From assembly GCF_006345805.1 (NCBI RefSeq), contig NC_042998.1, forward strand, positions 72,478,001-72,542,000: a DNA stretch of 64,000 nucleotides, read 5' to 3'. The translations under genes were made by a program, and so were the position numbers. Source of the DNA: Octopus sinensis. Taxonomy: Eukaryota. Below the pieces are notes generated by a model. The model did not search any database, had not been told where the DNA came from, and saw only the letters and a program-made list of their open reading frames with translations. This document shows positions 28,969-42,974 of this stretch, piece after piece (within the stretch, counting starts at the first letter, position 1; every line of letters begins with the position of its first letter).

Positions 28969-29418
28969 GTGTGTGTGTGTGTGTGTGCGTGTGCGTGTAT
29001 GTATGAATGTGTGTGTGTGTGTGTGTCTATTTGTGTGTATGTATATATACATACATTCATACACACACACACAGACACACACACACATATATATATATAT
29101 GACAGGAAGAAAATGGACAGAATCAAGAAGTAGTATTCATTAGTTAAACATTATATTATGTCTATTTATTTTAAACAGTTGAGATAATATATAATTACAT
29201 GTGTGAAGTATAAGTAATTTCAAGAATAGAGAAACACAAGCAGTTTCTTACAGATGTTTCAGCCAAGAGGTCACAGTACCCGATATGTTGCTTCGATCTT
29301 TTCGGTGTATTCTAAATCAGTAGATAAAATTAGAGTACATGGGTATGCCTCTAGACTTCTGAAAGAGTTTTTATGAGATCGGTTAATTTATGCGTATATA
29401 ATTTATATACATAAATAT

Positions 29419-29497
<79 letters not shown>

Positions 29498-29723
29498 TTA
29501 CATATATACATGCACACGCATGCGTATATAAGCATACATGTATTGCATGTATATATGCATGTACATACTTATAACGTAATTAGTTATTAGTAGATGTAGT
29601 ACAATATTCTTATTAGAACATGCATAAAAAGAGAAAGAGAAATAACAGTATAATCGAAGAAAATAATGGAGTTTGGGAGGGTTACTGTTTTTTTAGAAAT
29701 GAAAATGCATAGTATCAATCATA

Positions 29724-31680
29724 TATGATGGACGACCACTCTTGACCGAGGAAGATCATTGCCGACCTTCAGGAACATTGTGCGCTCTAGGACTAACTTA
29801 TATTTTGCATTTGCGGCTCCGTTGGTGGCTAATGAGCCCAGCTCTTGATAAGCACACACGTCTGTAAACATTGCAGACCAAGCTTTCCCCATTCACTATA
29901 CGAGCCGTGCGCTTTCACGCAGTTCGCTTAAGTTCTTCATGCTGGATACGGGCTCTCCCAAAAGTGTCGATCCCCTCCTTAACCTGCTTCCCTCATCTGT
30001 GACGATGACAGGCATTGTTCTCTGAGTCAGTGTCCTGCATATCAGAGGCCTTTAATAAAGACTTGACACAGTCCTAAAATTGCAGCCTTGGTTTCTGCCG
30101 ATGTCTCCTTCCATTCACAAGTTCTCCATAGAGCATCTGCTTAGGAATCCTGCTATCCTTCATTCTCATAAGGTGTCCAGTCCAACGTAACCGGTGCTTG
30201 TGCACCTTCGCCCCAATACTCAAGATATCAGTTGTCATCAGGGCCTGTGTGTCTGGAACTTTTGAGGTCCAGCCAACATTGAAAATGTGTCTGAGACATC
30301 TCTGATGAAATCGTTCAAGGTCCCTTTCTTGACGTTTGTACAGAGTGCATGTCTCACATGAGTAAAGGAGCGATGTCAGTACACATGCACGGTACACAGC
30401 AACTTTTGTTGGCCTTGCGATGCCATGTTGGGACCAGACACGAGACTGTAGAGACCGGAAGGAATTAGTTGCTCTCTGGAACCTGAAAGATCTTTCCTCA
30501 TCCAGGGAGCAAGAACGGCTGAGTGTGCTGCCCAGGTAGACAAACTTGTCTACTACCTTCCGAAGTGTTCTTTCAACCAAGATAGCTGGTTCCATATATC
30601 GATTTCCTGGTGCGTGCTGGAACATTATAACAGTCTTGTCCAGGCTAATGCTGAGTCCAAATGCCCTGCACGAAACAGAAATGAATTTCATGAGTATTTG
30701 TATGTCATCCACTGTATGAGTGACTAAGTCACAGTCATCTGCATAAAGGAGGTCACGAATAATAGACTGGGAAACCTTTGAATTGGCAGCAAATCGGCGA
30801 AGATTAAGGAGGCGGCCAGAAGATCGATATCTGACATGTATTCCCAGGGAGCTAACCTTAGCAAAAGCATGAGTAAAAGCAGCAGCAAAGTACAAAGAAA
30901 AGAGAGTTGGGACAAGGATGTGACCCTGCTTGACACCATTCTCTACAGGAATGTGTCCCGCCATGGCACCACCCGCATTGACCCAAGCCTCCATCCCATC
31001 ATGAAAGGATTTAATTATAGATACAAAGTGATCCGGACATCCAAGTTTGCCAAGTATTTTCCATAGTAAGGCCCTATTTACAGTATCAAATGCCTTTGTT
31101 AAATCAATGAATACCTGGACAAGATCCATATTCTGCTCATAGCACTTCTCCTGCATCTGTCTTGCTGTGAAAATCATATCCATTGTCCCTCTACCAGATC
31201 GGAAGCCACATTGAGATTCAGATAGGACATCATTTACGAGACATCCATTCAGACGGGTAAGAAGAATATTTCCCAGAACCTTGCCAGCAGCTGATAGTAG
31301 AGCAATACCTCTGTAGTTACCACACATAGTTCTGGCTCTTTTTCCTTTATAGAGGAAGAATAATTGCATCCTTCCACTCCTTAGGGATTGCACCATCCCT
31401 CCAGACTGCACTAATAAGTTCATGAAGGGACTGTGTGAGGCAATTACCACCAAATCGCAAGACCTCAGCACAAATTCCATCCTTTCTAGGTGCCCTACCA
31501 AGATTCAATTTACTTATTGATGTCATTACTTCATCTATTGAGGGCGGGGAGTCTAAGGAGCCAATGATAGGTCTTTGTTGCATAGTATCAATCACTGTTT
31601 CATCCACAACTGACTCACGGTTTAGGAGTTCAGAGAAGTGTTCGATCCAGCGACCTGTGATTTCTGTTGATTTAGTAAGA
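29724..31680 (-). mobile_element. RTE-clade LINE, 5'-truncated, frameshifted RT plus 3' end
   Basis: ORFs 31347-31607 and 30074-31501 join by one frameshift: APRKDGICAE, WKDAIILPL/YKGK, NYRGIALLS, QCGFRSGRGT, FIDLTKAFDTV, GVKQG, LLYADD, LRWTGHLMRMKDSRIPKQMLYGEL. Confidence 0.92.
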
Positions 31681-33612
31681 GAACCGATTCAAATTCAGCT
31701 AGCGTCTGTGGAGTGAACGCCGATAGATATGTATATATAGAGAGAGATTCTCACTATAGAAGACACTTAGTAACGCTCAATTAACTCAAATTCAGACACC
31801 TATGCTTTTATGGGGCACACATGTTTTCTTTCGTATTGCATGTATACATATACACATATTTTATATTTCATACCCAAGCTGCTATATTTAATTTGTTCAA
31901 TTTGTTTATCCGCATAATTGTCTTTATATCTGCTCAACGTTGTCCCGCTAATATATTTATATACGCATAGAACAAACACAGACACACACTCACATACATA
32001 CACACACATAGCTATATTAATACATATGCAAGACAAACTAAAATCAATTTGGAATGTAATACCAACAAATCCATTTCCATTTCCAGCTTGTTATTTTATA
32101 TTTCTCAACTGAAGGTAACGTCCTGGGTTTTAAAATCAAATGTTTCCGAGGTTAATGCTTCAGGCAGCGACCCTTTAATGTATGTATATATATATATATA
32201 TATATGTCTTCAGCTTGCTTATTCTAATGAATCATAATCACTTGCGATTGGGTAGAGTGGATAAGATAAAATAAGACATGCTTATGCAAATATGATACTT
32301 TTTGTTGTTGCTTAATATTTTTATTGAATAAATGCTATTTTAGAAAATATATAGCTTGAATTTCGTGCTTTACATTTTATTACCAACATTTACTGTTATA
32401 TTTTACATTACATTTACCATTAACTTAATATAAAACTTTATTTTCCCCGTCATCTTCAAATATAATGTTTTCCATTCTTTCGACTGTCCTTCCGTCGAGT
32501 TTCCTAGCAATAAAAGTTAATGAATATTTTAAGTTATTTTTGATATGAAGATATACAAATCACACAGCAATTAGCTCGTTGTATGCTATTTATCGCTATA
32601 TATTTAAGTGTAAACCTATAATAGATATAGAACTTACACTTAGACATTATTTAATGACCTTACTTTCGAAAGAAAAGATAATTCAAGGTAAAATTTATTG
32701 CCTTATTGGAACTTTTCACAGTATCTGACAATCTGCACAATGAAATTTAACCGAATTTAATTTTAGCAGTATGCAGTTAATGAAAGACACGACCAGTAAT
32801 ATATTATACTGATTTAACAAAGAATTATTTCTAAATGTAATAAATGAAGACGAGGTATAAAAGAAAAACACACTGTTAAAGCATTAAAATGGTAAATCAG
32901 AGAAAGTGAATGGTCGAAGTATATAGTCTTCTCCTATTAAAGCATCAAGGCTTTCGTAATGTTATGCACAAATAATGTATGAAAAGTAAATAGATGTTTT
33001 AAATAGAAAGCATTATGCATCTTAGTGTGTTCCAGAATCAACTACAATAACCCATTACATTCACGTTGATAGTTATCTATTCATTCTCTTTTCACTTGGT
33101 TATGGAACAAAATCAATAAAGGTTTCCTCATTTTCAATGTTATGGAATTATTTTGTTTCAAAAGTTTTATCATAAAATAGTTTTTGATAAATAGATATTT
33201 ATCGAATCATATTCATCAAAGCGATTTTATGAGTATGCGCGCTTAGAATAAAATATTAAGTTTTAAAATCATATTATTATAAGTTATATTTTCTCAGATG
33301 TTTGGAGTTTGATGGAACGTTATAAATATAGGAAAAAAATTAAATTTTCTTGATGATAAGTTAATTACGCAAACAGGCTTTCCGTCACAATGAATGTCTA
33401 TGAATCTTCGGAACTGATTGGTAAGGAAATATTCTAATAATAAATTGATCTAAGTTACCAAATTAAAATGTCAGAAAATTAGATATGACTTCATTTGTAG
33501 ACACTTTCCAAAGCATACACAGCCATAAACACGCAAACGCTCATATACGCATAAGTTTACAAAATTTGTATGCGTTTGCATACACACGAACGCACACACA
33601 CACACACACAAC

Positions 33613-33666
<54 letters not shown>

Positions 33667-33929
33667 CATAGACATAGACATCTATACCAATATGTATGTA
33701 TAGTATGTATGTATGTCATTATTCAGTTTTATTTTGAGATTTGTTGCCAATACGGAAAGAGTCGGTTTCAAAACCACATCCCAGGCTCCTCCAAGGGAAT
33801 TTTAACAGCATCAACAGGGTATTTTTGTATATGTGTATGTATGTATGTATGTAGGAGTGTATGCATGTATTTATGTAGGCGCAGGAGTGGCTGTGCAGTA
33901 AGTGGCTTTCCTACGATCATGCGTGTTTG

Positions 33930-33964
33930 TTAGTTGCTTATCGGATTGAAAACTGTCAAGACGT
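33930..33964 (+). promoter_or_regulatory. Inr (TTAGTT, A+1 = 33932) with DPE (AGACGT at +28..+33)
   Basis: Exact canonical Inr-DPE spacing, located where sequence composition changes. Confidence 0.55.
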
Positions 33965-35712
33965 GCGTTGGTGGCCGTCTTGAATCGGAGAACTGTTACA
34001 GAAGCACGACTGCATGGTAGGAACTTGTTTTTTTTTTAAGGGAGTTATTGGCGAATTTATTTTATGACATTGTTTTTTCTTTTTTCATATAACAAATCCC
34101 CACTGGGTCTAGAACATTTGTCAGCTTCAGTCGCGCTGAGTAATTCAGTAGTGAGAATTGTTTTGTTTTGGCGGGCGTGTATCGCTACCAAAATGTGAAA
34201 AGTTTATAAAAATTCGACCCATTCGTGTAAGAATTTTTTTTTGGGGGGGGCTATAGTGAACTGGAGTGCCTGTGTGAAGCAATATTCTGGAGGACTACCC
34301 GTGGATTATTTCCGGATTACATGTGGAACCGGATTACCTAAGTGGCGGAATTGTGTTGCCGTGCTGAATCTGTCTTCCTTCGTTCTTTTCTCTGCTCTGT
34401 CTTTCTTTGTGTTTCTTTAGACTTTTATTTGAATATTTTGAACTTTCTTGTTGAACATTTTCCTGTGTCTTTTTTTTCTGCAGTGGATAAAGGACCTTAA
34501 TGAGAGAATGGTGGTGTTGAGGACATATTACAAGTCCCTCGACACCATCCCTGTGTTCTCTGCACGAGATATTGAGAAGAAATTGGCAGAATGCCTGCCA
34601 AACATCAAGTTTATTGCACGGGGTGTCACATATGCAACAGTGTGGTTACTATTTGATCCCTCTGAGGGGGCTCACATATTTGAGAATCAGCCCCTGGAAG
34701 GGGAGAAAATTCTGTTTCTGCCCTCATATCGTAGGAGGAAATTAACAAGAGCTTGGGTATGTGGGCTACCACTCGGAATAAAGCCCGAGTTGATAGGCGT
34801 CTGGGTGGCAGCGGAGCCAAGCTCTTGAATGTTGAAATTATGCCTGCTGCTGATTACTTAGATTAAAAGCAGTTTTGACCCTGTGGACCCAACTAGCCGA
34901 TGATCTGGTGTTCCCAGATTGTTTGAGGATGGCCGGGTCCAAGTATCCGGTGATTTATGAGGGACGATCCCACCAAGAAGTGGAATCGGGTGCCTGGTGT
35001 CAGGCCACATTAAGAAGAACTGTCCAAAGGACCAGAGCAGGGTCTTGGAGCAGTTAGTTGTGGAGAGTGACTACCCCCGAAAAAGGGAAGAAAAATTAAG
35101 AAGGGGAGCAACAATGGGTGCTCTCCGAGGGATTCCTTGCGTTTATGGCGAAGGAGCCAACTCCTCCTGCACCAAGATAAAAAAAAAGAAAAAGAGAACA
35201 AAGAATGTGACAGTGCCGGAGGTATGCAGTGTTCTGTCGGCATGTCCCGAGGACTCGTTGGTGGGAATCATGCCACCGTCAGAGGAAGCAGTGGCCTCTT
35301 CCAGGGAAAGTAATGAATATGTGGTATTCTGTCATAGGGGAGGGGTTGTTGACAACGTTGTTGAGAGTTTTCTTGATGGTCAGGACCTAATTGACTCGGC
35401 CTGTACTGATCACCAGCATTGGCCGTCGCAGGTGACAGCGCTGGTGGTAAAAGAAAGAGAGTTCCTTCGAATAGTGGAGTCCTGTTCGAAGGAAGGTTCG
35501 AAGGAAGATTACAATTACATATTTTGGTGCCCCGACTTGCGGCTGAGAGATTGCCTGCAGGCGGCAAGAAAATTGATAGGGATTGATTCAAGTGTCTTGA
35601 TGTCTCAGTCTGGGTAAGAGGTTTACTGCCTCATTTTTGTGTGTTCTACTTAACGCCAAAAAGAAAATTTGTAATAAACCAAAGTAAGAGGTTTAATAGC
35701 TCTTTTTAAAAA
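33932..35712 (+). mobile_element. Gag/ORF1-only non-LTR-like element (decayed) with internal promoter and A-rich 3' end
   Basis: Relatively GC-rich block; broken ORF ~34508-35617 with a half zinc knuckle GHIKKNCP and a basic KKKKKR stretch; Inr+DPE at the 5' end; AATAAA, small hairpin and short A run at the 3' end; no RT. Confidence 0.55.
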
Positions 35713-35854
35713 AGAATAATGTATTAGAGAAGCAAAAACTCGGCGGACGTTTTTTGTCGTTTCACTATTTTTCTCATCATTCATGTCAATAATGTTTCTG
35801 TCTCAGCCAGCAAGCTACTCTTTGTAATGCCGTAATGGCAAATATGATGAAATA

Positions 35855-36214
35855 AAGTAGCTTGCTTAACAACCACATGTTTTCTTGTTCAGTCCCACTG
35901 CATGGAACTTTGGGTGTGTTCTACTATAGCCTCGGGCCGACCAAAGCTTTGTGAGTAGGTTTGGTAGACGGAAACTGAAAGAAACCCGTCATATATGTGT
36001 ACATATATATATACACGTATATATTTGTGTGTCTATGTTTACCCTCTCCCCCTCCATCACTAGACAACTGTTTTTGGTATATTTACGTCCCCGTAACTTA
36101 GCGTTTCGGCAAAAGAAACCGATAGGATAAGAACTAGGCTTATAAAGGAAAAGTACTGGGGTCGATTTTCTCCAATAAAGGATGTGCTCCAGCATGGGTG
36201 CAGGGGAATGTTTG
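35855..36214 (+). mobile_element. SINE family B copy, tail interrupted by the 36215 palindrome
   Basis: CTACTATAGCCTCGGGCCGACCAAAGC...GGTAGACGGAAACTGAAAGAA...TTTACGTCCCCGTAACTTAGCG...GTGCTCCAGCATGG; AAACAAG resumes at ~36474. Confidence 0.85.
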
Positions 36215-36320
36215 AATTCTGATAGTATAGCTAGAGTGCTATATTATAATCGGGTTGCTACCAACCGCTATATTACAAACTACTTATATGTTATCTAGAA
36301 AGAGAAATAAAATATATAAC

Positions 36321-36368
<48 letters not shown>

Positions 36369-36472
36369 ATATTTAATTTTGTCTTTTTCTAGATAACACA
36401 TAAGTAGTTTGTAATATAGCGGTTGGTAGCAACCCTATTATAATATAGCACTCTAGCTATACTATCAGAATT
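36215..36472. repeat. Near-perfect palindrome: ~90-bp arms around a (TA)n core
   Basis: AATTCTGATAGTATAGCTAGAGTGCTATATTATAAT... versus ...ATTATAATATAGCACTCTAGCTATACTATCAGAATT, with few mismatches. Confidence 0.95.
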
Positions 36473-36911
36473 AAAACAAGAAATCGTGACTCCTAGAGAA
36501 TGCAAATAAATAAAAGATATAACTCGAAGAAAATTCCAGTCACCACATTCACGGCAGAAATAAGGAGTCTGATATAAACCGGAGTGTCTCTATCTTCAAC
36601 AACATACGTATTATAGTGATTTTCTGGAAAGAATTAATTTCGTTAAAGAGGTGGTTTTATGGAGGTAGCCAACAAATAAAAAAAAAGACTTTTAGTGTGA
36701 AAATTATTAACCCCAGTTCTCTAGGGTTACTATATTTAATGTGTTTATAAACGGATTATCTATTTGTTTATGTTTTGATTGTTCAACTAATATAGAAATT
36801 CTGTTGGGACTCAGATTCAATTAAATCTATTCGCTATTTTCATTAATCTACCGAAAAAGGTAAATTTGACATGCCCCTATGACTAGTCCATATACTTACA
36901 CACACACACAT

Positions 36912-36963
<52 letters not shown>

Positions 36964-39088
36964 TGTATGTGCTTGCGTATTCACACACATATACATGTAT
37001 ATAAATGTATGTAAAATGATGTAGTTTACTATATTTTACCTTGAACAACTTCCCTTGGCAAATACAATTTCTGTAACTTTCCTCATATGTTCGACAACCT
37101 TGAATTTGTCTCCATATAACTTTCATAGAAAAATGGCTATTTTTTAATGAACAGTTTTACAAAAACTTTTCAAATGGCGTATTTTACGATTACATCGGTA
37201 TTTGCTATAAGGGTTTCCGTGTGATAGGAGGGTAGTTAAAAAGGTTTTGTATAATTCATGTCTTTTTGTTTTATTATTATGACTTAAATAATAATGTTTG
37301 TTGCGTAATGGGATTTTCTGCAAATACCTAGATGAAGTAGATTATTATATCGGAATTTAATGTAAAGAAATGGGGGAAGAGCTCAGTTATTTTACGAATC
37401 ACAATTTTGTTTCCTTATAAATTTTGATGCCGTACAATACAATAATTTTGAAAAAGACACTTTTAAGACCAACGTGAATCATGATAATTCTAAAAAATTA
37501 AGCAAACACAAAACAATGAGTTAGATTTTAATTAGTTTAAAACTGAGTGATTAATCCTGCGATGACATAATAAAAAAAAACTTCACAAATTACTCTCTAA
37601 TACTCACATGTATACAAAGAATTCTGTCAGTGATTTTCGGGAAAGTATGGAATAGTCCTGAGAAGATATTTTAAAAGCATAATTGCAATAAAATTATGGG
37701 GAAACAAAGTTGAAATGCATGAAATTTTTCCGCCCCATTTGTTCACCATAAATCCAGATATATTCGTAATCTACACCACAAGAAAGATTTTTGTCGAAAA
37801 TTTCATTAAAGGATACCAGATTTTTCTGACAGTTACGAGGAATCAAATTAGAAGTCTTCGAAATATCCAAAACAACATCTGAAATGTTTTGGTGGAAAAG
37901 TCAATTTTAAAATATGATTTTTCAGAAAATTATGAGTAAACAAATTCGGGGGTGCCGAACACCAGATATATACTGAAGTATAAAAAGACTATGTCGCAGT
38001 GAAGGGAAATTAGTTCTGAGTTTGGATCGTAAAAATGAAATTTTAAATAATAAATACTACCTGAAAATCCCATTTTGACAAAATATATTTAGGAACTTTC
38101 TTATTAATATTTTTTTATAAACAGTGTAAACTTTAATAAATGCATTTTTTAAAAGACAAACTTACAATACTTCGGACTAATTAATAAGCATATTCCTTTA
38201 TTATAGTTGAATTATCGGCATTTAAAAGATCTGTACGGAAACAAGCGCTGTCTTTCTATAAAAGTCACTATTCCTAATGCGAATGAGAAATGAAAATTTC
38301 ACACCTACTCTTAATTCATCTTGAATAGCTTGCTTCGAAGACTAAATCCTTTTCTACGCATAGTTTTAGATACATATCAATTACATGTAGAATATATACT
38401 ACATGCATTTCCCTTGTCCATAAACACCAAATTACAATATGTCCAGTATCAACTATTACCTTATATAAGGTAAGGTAAGTATATCATATCGCCATATATG
38501 CGTATGTACAGGTGTGCAAATAAAATGGACGCTTTAAGAAGATATACGCATGTTTATAAAAAAATATACTGAGGTCTTCAAGCTGTGGATTTCAATAACA
38601 AAATATTCAAAGGAACGGATTGATCGCCAATTAGATTTATGTCCGTCAGGTATTTTGGCACCAATTAAAGATTAGGACGTCAGATTATTAAACAATTGTG
38701 AAGAATACTGCATGTAATTCAAATACTCGCTTCGAATATTAATAAGACTGTCAATATAATTTTTCAAGAAAATTGAATATGATGTATTTATATTCCGACC
38801 ACATAATGAGATTTATCAATAAAAATAGTTTTCTAATTCATCCAAGATATAATCGTCATATCTCTAAATACAATTATAAATTGCGTTTGCAAGCACAAAC
38901 TATTATATATGAATGTGATAATATATATATATATATATATATATTGAATGACGTAAAATATGCATGTGCCTATACACGCACAAATAAACAGGCATACACA
39001 GACACGTATATGTACATATATATATATATTTATATATACTTATGCATATATGTATATATGTATACATGTATTTATGTGTGCGTGTGAT

Positions 39089-39122
<34 letters not shown>

Positions 39123-39549
39123 GTGTGTGTGTGTGTGTGCGTGTGTGTGTCTGTGTGTGTGTCTCTGTGTGTTGTGTGACGTAAAATGGCGATGTGAATC
39201 TAGGATTAGAAAGCAAGATATCAGAAAATAAATATTTTGATGGGTTTTTATTGTGAATATAAAAAAATATGAAGTAAATATATTCAAGGAAAATCATCCT
39301 CAATCTTCTGAATAGCACAGATCATCAACACATTTAGATGGTATACCATTAATGTGTCTGCGACTCGCCATGAGAACAGGAATGGCCTTGAAGCATAAAT
39401 AGTGACGCATGCAATTAACTCAGCAATTTAATATATTTTTATACGTGTGTGTGTGTGTGAGTGCACGCGTGTGCGTGCATGTATGGGTGTTTGTACATGC
39501 TTGAGTAAGTATATGTGTACAGTAATATATATATACACAACGATATGCA

Positions 39550-39658
<109 letters not shown>

Positions 39659-40262
39659 TATATATATACACACACATGCACACATATATATATCATACAT
39701 CTTTGTGTCTCCTGCAATATATAACGGGGAGATGAATTGTATTATGATATTTTATAAATTGTAGATTCGTCATAGAAAAGTGAAAACGAGGCAAAATGTT
39801 GAGACAACATCTACCGGTTAATCGAGCTGATCTACGGAGCGAAATACGAATATCAAAATCTTCTTAAAATCTCAGCAAACTGCATCTCACAATTGCGAAG
39901 AAAAACAACACTTTATGACCCATCTACTAAAGGAAAATGTATATATCATAGCGATTTGTTGCTTAAGGGAAGATATTGAAGTGATGTAAATGGATGGATC
40001 TTTTGTGAGAATAGGAAATGCAGAGGGTTCGAAAGCAAGCAGCGAAACTACTTATTTCATCTTAAGTAAATATCGGATTGAAATCGTATCATGTAGTGTC
40101 TTCGTAATGCTCAGGTTACTAAACCTTCATCCTTCTTCCTTCTTTCTTTCTTTCTTTCTTTCTTTCTCTCTCTCTCTCTCTCTTCCTCTCTCTCTCTCTC
40201 TCTATCCATCTATCTACCTACCTTTTAGTCTCCTCACATCTCTATCTCAGAAAATGTCACGC

Positions 40263-40700
40263 TTGAAATTATGCAGATCTATGCTCTCACATTTAACAGC
40301 GTAGACAATGAATCGGAAGAATTCTTTCAAGATATAGAAAGAGCTTCAACTCCCAAACCTGCATATAACTTCGTAATGTCAAACTTCAATGCAGAAGTGG
40401 TAAAAGTGAGGTAGTAGGGGAAATTCTTTGAAAATTAGGATTAAGAGGTAAATGAAGGATGAGAATGATTAGTTATGACAAAAACCACATAAATTTTAGA
40501 TCGATAGCAGTCTCTCGAAGAAATGAAATCGACGATATTTTGGTGGATGAGCGAGTCATATATGTCAGTCGTAGCGCCATTAGATGAAGGCAACAATATC
40601 GCCTTCTATTGGCAGATATCGCCATCGATCAGATAAAAGACTAAAAGGTGTTGCGCATCTCGATAAAGAACTAACGTCTTATTGCATTCGATATGAAGAA
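40263..40700 (+). pseudogene. Highly decayed LINE apurinic-endonuclease fragment (RTE-like)
   Basis: IMQIYALTFNSVDNESEEFFQDIE, FVMSNFNAEV and NEIDDILVD resemble the IIQVYAPT/EVEEFY, GDFNAKVG and NEIDYIL motifs. Confidence 0.6.
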
Positions 40701-40933
40701 CTTGAAAGAGGCTATCAGAAAAGAGATCTGGAGTTATCTTCAAGAAATTAATATTCGCTGATGCAGAAAATGAAAGCTATATATAGACACAAAGAAAAAT
40801 AAAACACGCCAGAACAAAATAGGAGGAGGCATGGAAAAACTGAAAGTCATGAATTAGATCCAGCAAGATTATCTTAGGTATTCTGTTCACTGCAAGACTT
40901 GAATCAGCATCTGGAAAATGCAAACGCAGCATT

Positions 40934-40985
40934 TAGGAATGTAAAATGCATAGGAATGTAAAATTGCATAGGAATGTATAATGCA
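40934..40985. repeat. 17-18 bp tandem repeat x3 (TAGGAATGTAAAATGCA)
   Basis: Direct reading. Confidence 0.85.
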
Positions 40986-41740
40986 AAGTAATGCAAGAGA
41001 GAATTAACACAATGGAAAAAGAAGCAGGTGGTTCTCAAGTGTGAAGTGGGGCTCACGATTAGCAATGTCACGAAAAATTTACAGCAATTGTTTTAACTCC
41101 CCAGCAGTGCTCGATCTTGAAATACGACATGTGCTGAAAGTAATAGCACCAACTTCTGTTGTCAACACCCGTATGGTGTTCCAGTCGAGAGAGGTGCTTT
41201 CACTGTTCAGCATTGTAATTTTGCTAATTACTAGTATATTTGTAAATATATGGTGTACTGAATGTGAAATATCTCAAATATTTTGGTCGAAATATTTGTA
41301 AAATTTGCTTAAATAATGTGCACAATTTTGAGAGTATATAATAGTTATTGGTTTTATGTTTTAATGCTTAGGTGTAATTCCCTATTCAAAGGTAAAAAAG
41401 AAGCAGTTAAAATGTTTTGCACGAGTTATAGAGAACATTTATATACTCTGTATTTAACTAATTGCAGGTCACTGGATTATTGTGATATTTCTGTACCGTA
41501 GGTTTTCAAAATTTTCTGCTATATATTTCTACATGCCTGTATGTATGTGTGCTAGTCACAGTGTCTAATCGAACGGTTAGAATTTCTTCCCTTCAGGATT
41601 ATTTTTTCGGAGTATTTCCGCATTATACACCGTTTTTGCTATATATACCCTAAAACCACTCATATCTCAAGAACCCCTTGTCCAATTTCCGGGAAACATT
41701 GCAAGAAGCAAGCAAGAGTGAAGTTCATTTTTTATGTATT

Positions 41741-41815
<75 letters not shown>

Positions 41816-42198
41816 AGTGTGCTTTTGCATATGTATGTAGCTATGTATATATTTACAGTCTGTTTTGAAGAGATAAATTCAAATCTGAAGATACTTTGCT
41901 ATAATGAAACACATGCATTATTCACCACATCTCTACAAGTAAATATGAAGTATAGACATTTCTTAATGAACTCTTTTCTTTCAACGCTGCTATGAATTAT
42001 CATTTTTTGTTCTTTTTTTCGGATTATAGTTTCTTAATTAGTGATGAATGTGAATACATTAGGCATAACTGAAGAAATTCCTTAATTACATTGCTATTTT
42101 TATTTATTTAAAGTCATACCTATGTCGAAGGTTGCTCGTTACGCTTTAACTTTTGAAAATTAACACAATTTAACACACGAAAAATGAATTGTTTATTC

Positions 42199-42258
<60 letters not shown>

Positions 42259-42259
<1 letters not shown>

Positions 42260-42971
42260 ATAAAATCCATTCTGTCTGTCTGTGTGTCTTCTAGGATCTC
42301 GGATATCTTCTATCCGATTGCGCTCAATTTGATATGTAGATACCGACGATTGATTCCAGGTGAGAATGCGAGCGATAAAGCCGTGAGAACGTGTATTTGT
42401 ACGCGCAAGTACATCAGCTGTTGTGATCGATACTACGCGTACGCGAGAAAGAAGCACGTGCAGCTTGCACAAAAAAAGCCGGCTAGCTTGAAATAATGCC
42501 ACAAAATGCAGTGTATTTAAGACATCAAAAAATTAAGATGCAGAAGAGATATTTTCTTCAAAATTGGCATGAATGAAGAAAAAACTTAATGATTTCTGAA
42601 GAAGTTGTTTTTTTGCCTTACCTTCATTTAACAAAACCAAAAATTTTATTGAAATAAAGGCATGCGTAATTATTTTTTAATGAGAAAACTATTTAAACCA
42701 TGTTTGTGTTCTCCCAGTCAACAGCCTTATAATTACTGGTATTTTAAACTCTTCGGTTGCACATTTGTGTAAATAGTTTTTTTTTTCTTTTGGAATAGAA
42801 AAATGTCTATCTTTATTTCTTTTTTTGCTGATGTCTCAAATTTAGGTTGAATCAGTGTTTCTTAAATGAAAGGCCTATGGGACTGTCGGAGAAGTTGTTT
42901 TGAGAAAAAAATTGTTTAAACGTTTTTACAACTCAGCACCGTCCATTGGACGGCGGGGGGCGTTTTCCTCG
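42259..42971 (+). mobile_element. Non-autonomous Helitron-like element, long copy
   Basis: 5' TATAAAA + (TCTG)n, subterminal hairpin CCGTCC-ATT-GGACGG (42939-42953), then CTCG; shares both ends with the 55985 copy. Confidence 0.7.
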
Positions 42972-42974
42972 ACC

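Noticed and set aside
40934-40985. Short repeats as a CRISPR-like array
   Set aside because: Head-to-tail with no spacers, in a eukaryotic context with no cas genes
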